Shown here piece by piece: positions 62,092-64,000 of a stretch of 64,000 bases of DNA. The stretch is taken from the NCBI GenBank assembly GCA_030390025.1, contig CM059431.1:133550001-133614000 (forward strand). The letters run 5' to 3'. The notes below the pieces were generated by a model, which made no database searches, was not told the origin of the DNA, and saw only the letters and a program-made list of their open reading frames with translations. Positions within the stretch are counted from its first letter, which is position 1. Every line of letters starts with the position of its first letter. Source of the stretch: Squalus acanthias (lineage: Eukaryota). Made by a program: the position numbers and the translations under genes.

Positions 62092-64000
62092 GTCGCCGTG
62101 ACATCGGCCATCTCAATTTCTCTGCTCCCCTCTCTCACTCCAACCTACCTCCCTCTGAACTTGCAGCACTCCATTCTCTCCGATTCAACCCTGACATTGT
62201 CATTAAACCTGCTGACAAGGGTGGTGCTGTTGTTGTTTGGCGAACCGACCTCTACCTAGCGGAAGTTGAACGCCAACTCTCCGACACCTCCTCCTACCTC
62301 CACCTGGACCATGACCCCGCTACCGAACATCAAGCCACCGTTTCCAAGACTATCACTGACCTCATCTCCTCTGGAGATCTTCCCCCCATGGCCGCCAACC
62401 TCATAGTTCCCCAACCCCGCACAGCCCGCTTCTACCTCCTTCCCAAGATCCACAAACAGGACTGCCCTGGTAGACCCATCGTTTCAGCCTGCTCTTGCCC
62501 CACGGAACTTATCTCTTCCTATCTCGACTCTATTTTTTCTCCCCTTGTCCAGTCCCTTCCCACCTACATCCGCGATTCCTCTGATGCCCTCCGCCACTTT
62601 AACAGTTTCCAGTTTCCTGGCCCCAACCGCCTCCTTTTCACCATGGACGTACAATCCCTCTACACCTCCATCCCCCACCAGGATGGCCTGAGGGCGCTCC
62701 GCTTCTTCCTTGAGCAGAGGCCCAACCAGACCCCATCCACCACCACCCTCCTCCGCCTGGCTGAACTTGTTCTCACATTGAACAACTTCTCCTTTGACTC
62801 CACTCATTTCCTCCAAATCAAAGGTGTTGCTATGGGTACCCGCATGGGTCCTAGCTATGCCTGCCTTTTCGTGGGATATGTGGAACACTCTTTGTTCCAG
62901 TCCTACTCGGGTCCCCTCCCTCACCTCTTTTTCCGGTACATTGATGACTGTATCGGTGCCGTTTCCTGCTCTCGCCCCGAACTAGACAATTTCATTCACT
63001 TTGCCTCCAATTTCCACCCTTCCCTCACCTTCACATGGTCCATCTCCGACTCTTCCCTCCCCTTCCTCGACTTCTCCGTCTCCATCTCTGGGGATAGGTT
63101 ATTGACCAACATTCACTACAAGCCCACTGACTCCCACAGCTACCTGGACTACACTTCCTCCCACCCCGCCTCCTGTAAGGACTCTATTCCCTTCTCCCAG
63201 TTTCTCCGTCTCCGCCGCATCTGCTCCGACGATGCCACCTTCCATACCAGTGCTTCCGACATGTCTTCCTTTTTCCTCAACCGAGGATTCCCCTCTACCG
63301 TGGTCGACACGGCCCTCGACCGTGTCCGTTCCATCTCCCGCACTTCTGCCCTCGCCCCGGCCCCTCCCTCCCGGAACCACGATAGAGTTCCCCTTGTCCT
63401 CACCTTTCACCCCACCAGCCTCCACATTCAACGGATCATCCTCCGCCATTTCCGCCACCTCCAACGTGATCCCACCACCAAACGTATCTTCCCCTCACCT
63501 CCCCTTTCAGCATTCCGTAGGGACCGCTCCCTCCGAGACACCCTAGTCCACTCCTCTATCACCCCTAGCACCCCTTCCCCTTCACCCGGCACCTTCCCGT
63601 GCAAGCGCAGGAGATGCAACACCTGCCCTTATACATCCCCCCTTCCCACTCTCCAGGGCCCCAAACACCCCTTCCAGATGAAACAGCGATTTACTTGTAC
63701 TTCTTGCAATCTAGTATACTGTATTCGCTGCTCACGATGTGGTCTCCTCTACATTGGGGAGACGAAACGCAGATTGGGTGACTGCTTTGCAGAACACCTC
63801 CGTTCAGTCCGTAAGGGTGACCCCGAGCTTCCGGTCGCTTGTCATTTTAATTCACCCCTCCACGCCCACTCAGACCTCACCGTCCTCGGCCTCTTGCATT
63901 GTTCCACGGAAGCGCAGCGTAAGCTCGAGGAACAGCACCTCATCTTTCGTTTAGGCACTTTACAGCCTTCCGGACTCAATGTCGAGTTCAACAATTTCAG
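62092..64000 (+). mobile_element. Penelope-like retroelement (second family), RT + GIY-YIG, running off the window end
   Basis: The frame at 62202 (IKPADKGGAVVVW) matches the frame at the window end (GLNVEFNNF). Motifs FYLLPKIHK, PGRPIVS, MDVQSLYT, GVAMG, RYIDD and LVYCIRC..LYIGET. Absent from the ORF track, presumably because no stop occurs inside the window. Confidence 0.92.

Overview
Vertebrate nuclear DNA, most likely from a cartilaginous fish (inferred from the repeat families). The only host gene I can support is a claudin-10 gene on the + strand. It has a claudin-10a-type exon 1 (3085-3304) and exons 2-4 (46470-46631, 49772-49847, 52079-52186), all with GT-AG sites and compatible phases; the last exon was not found and probably lies beyond the window. 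The 43-kb first intron and the rest of the window are mostly nested transposons: Penelope-like elements (RT + GIY-YIG) with minimal hammerhead ribozymes, CR1, L2 and RTE LINEs, and PIF/Harbinger derivatives, one with a spliced Myb/SANT gene. Two large TE-seeded tandem arrays are present: an 11-kb (GA)n-ACCACACCCGCTGGGG array and about 53 copies of a 54-bp unit. The most interesting signals are (i) a LINE whose 5' end appears to be a tRNA-like Pol III head plus a DeuSINE-like body joined directly to the endonuclease ORF, preserved in a twin-priming-type inversion, and (ii) short palindromic Penelope insertions carrying two opposed, covarying hammerhead motifs.
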